The notes under the pieces are model-generated. The model ran no database searches. It worked only from the letters and a program-made list of their open reading frames with translations, and had not been told where the DNA came from. Shown here piece by piece: positions 30,666-32,000 of a DNA stretch of 32,000 nucleotides. This stretch comes from Telmatocola sphagniphila (GTDB lineage Bacteria > Planctomycetota > Planctomycetia > Gemmatales > Gemmataceae): the NCBI RefSeq assembly GCF_018398935.1, contig NZ_CP074694.1, forward strand, positions 4,080,001-4,112,000. Reading direction: 5' to 3'. How positions within the stretch are numbered: the first letter of the stretch is position 1; every line of letters begins with the position of its first letter. The translations under genes and the position numbers were made by a program.

Positions 30666-32000
30666 TCAAACGGCCGGGTGCGACGGTGTTCTCCTCCGTC
30701 GCAACACCGGAACCAGGATCGCGGCCAGACCCACCAGGAATACCGGCTCGGGCACCGGTGTCGGCTGCCAAATCAGATCCATGGTGGAGGAACCATCCGA
30801 ATTGTTGATGATGCTTGTCGTGATGGTGCCATAACTGCTGTATGAGATTGGGTTGTTATTGGTATCGATCATACCGTAGACAAACGGAGCGTTCGACCCG
30901 GTTAGGATAATGCTATTCTGATCGACGAAATTGCCCTTGCTGTTGGTGATGACCCGCCAACTTTCGGACACGCCCCAGAAAGAATCGCCCCAGTTCGGCT
31001 GAGTCGTGCGAATCTGCATCGATGCACCCGGACGAATTATCGTATTACTGGTAGTAATGGTAATGGTGTCGAAACCGCTGCCTGGCTTGGTATTTCCCTG
31101 AGTATTTGAATTCCCGGGGGGCACGTCGATGACTGCTCCGCCGCCAAGGTCCAAGCCATTGGTGATGGTAATAATTCCAGGAGAATCGCCTGGCTTCAAA
31201 ATGCCGCCCGACTGCACCGAGAGAGTGGAAATCGTCCCGTTGCCGTTGACATAACCACCCGATTGAATTGTCACCACTTTGGAAACCTGGCTTGTCGGGT
31301 CGGGCAGCGAGAGTTGCGAAGAATTCGTAACGATCAAATTCCCGGAACCTGTAAAATTTGCCCCGCCGCTGACAGTCAGAGTGGAATTAACTGTTGTGGT
31401 GCCTGTTACGCTTACCGTTCCATTGAGAAGATTCGTGGAACTATTCACCGTGAGCGTCGATCCCAAGGTGATGGTGCCGCTGGTGCTGACGGTGCCGCCG
31501 TTGAAGTAGCCGGGGTTATTGGAAGAGAGAGTTCCATAATTTTGATAATTGCCGCTGGTCGAAAATGTTCCGCCGACGTTGATATTCCCATAATTGATGA
31601 GTGTGCCGGTAGCCGAGTTAGTGAGATCGCCGGGTACTGCTAACGTCGAATTAGTACCTACCGTGAGCGAACCGTTGTTCAGGAACGTGCCAACGGTCGT
31701 AAAACTTTTGCCGTTGATGACCTGAAAGTTGCCGTTGTTGGTGGCCAGATTATTGATGGCATTAAAAGTCGCCCCTGTACCGCTTAATATGACGGTGGTA
31801 CTGGAGGCCAGAGTAGTGATCGATTTCGAGCCAAAATTGATGGTACCATTTGAATTATTGGTGTCTCCCACCGACCAGGTACCGCCGGTCAACGTACCGC
31901 CCGAGAAATTGATGATGTTGCTGTTACTGAGATCGAGCGTTCCATTCTGAACGTCCACCGTTCCGGTGTTATTGAAATTCAAACCTGCGGTGAAGGTCCT
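30666..32000 (-). CDS. PEP-CTERM-anchored protein with autotransporter-associated beta-strand (PATR-like) repeats; N-terminus beyond the window edge
   Basis: The frame stays open to base 32000, and the TTG at 31982 in the ORF track is internal. Gly/Thr/Asn-rich degenerate repeats are present (GGTLTGGTWSV, NNGSLTVGTNSTL, GTVSVTGTTTVNSTLTVSG). The C-terminus VPEPVFLVGLAAILVPVLRRRR is a PEP motif plus a TM helix plus an Arg cluster. Confidence 0.85.
   Translation of the reverse strand, partial: RTFTAGLNFNNTGTVDVQNGTLDLSNSNIINFSGGTLTGGTWSVGDTNNSNGTINFGSKSITTLASSTTVILSGTGATFNAINNLATNNGNFQVINGKSFTTVGTFLNNGSLTVGTNSTLAVPGDLTNSATGTLINYGNINVGGTFSTSGNYQNYGTLSSNNPGYFNGGTVSTSGTITLGSTLTVNSSTNLLNGTVSVTGTTTVNSTLTVSGGANFTGSGNLIVTNSSQLSLPDPTSQVSKVVTIQSGGYVNGNGTISTLSVQSGGILKPGDSPGIITITNGLDLGGGAVIDVPPGNSNTQGNTKPGSGFDTITITTSNTIIRPGASMQIRTTQPNWGDSFWGVSESWRVITNSKGNFVDQNSIILTGSNAPFVYGMIDTNNNPISYSSYGTITTSIINNSDGSSTMDLIWQPTPVPEPVFLVGLAAILVPVLRRRRTPSHPAV

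Noticed and set aside
1-32000. Search for CRISPR arrays, IS elements, integrases, prophage or defence-system genes, and long direct or inverted repeats
   Set aside because: I found no regularly spaced repeats, transposase or integrase motifs, or terminal inverted repeats. The only dispersed similarity is the conserved N-terminal coding segment shared by the two DUF1559 paralogs, which is protein-level conservation and not a mobile repeat.

Overview
The window reads as an ordinary chromosomal segment, not a mobile one, of a Planctomycetota-type genome. The evidence is two DUF1559 proteins with type-IV-pilin-like '[13 protein letters not shown]' N-termini, a PEP-CTERM protein, an EpsI-family protein and several twin-arginine signal peptides. 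I can support about 28 protein-coding genes, 7 hairpin terminators and one operator-like palindrome. I found no rRNA, tRNA, CRISPR array, transposase, integrase or phage gene. Gene order, left to right: (1) 1-4084 (+), a tight four-gene exopolysaccharide / exosortase-associated module: Wzc-like chain-length determinant, EpsI, priming sugar transferase, GT2. (2) 4081-7691 (-), an RND efflux permease with no adaptor or outer-membrane partner, plus a small unknown gene. (3) Housekeeping singletons: FabF-like ketosynthase, msrB, a DksA/TraR zinc-finger protein, an HtrA protease, gltB, an isochorismatase-family hydrolase, a DUF721/DciA-like protein and a TAT-exported DUF3500-like protein. (4) 19880-25467 (+), two DUF1559 genes, one followed by PepSY-TM / DUF6629-like / PhzF genes and the other by a small lipoprotein. 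(5) 25553-28818 (-), a five-gene ArsR-headed cluster: ArsR, tandem AHSA1, membrane-anchored SRPBCC, a six-Asp-box beta-propeller, and a GG-terminal MoaD/ThiS-like beta-grasp protein. (6) A TAT-signal amidase converging on a PEP-CTERM beta-helix-repeat protein that runs off the window. The best candidate for an undescribed system is cluster (5), especially the translationally coupled cytoplasmic Asp-box propeller and ubiquitin-like GG protein, which have no E1, JAMM or cofactor-biosynthesis partner nearby. Secondary candidates are the BY-kinase-like domain with substituted Walker A and B catalytic residues, a 34-aa membrane micro-ORF that is missing from the ORF track and has its own terminator, and the adaptor-less RND pump. 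All family assignments come from motif recognition by eye. No database search was run.
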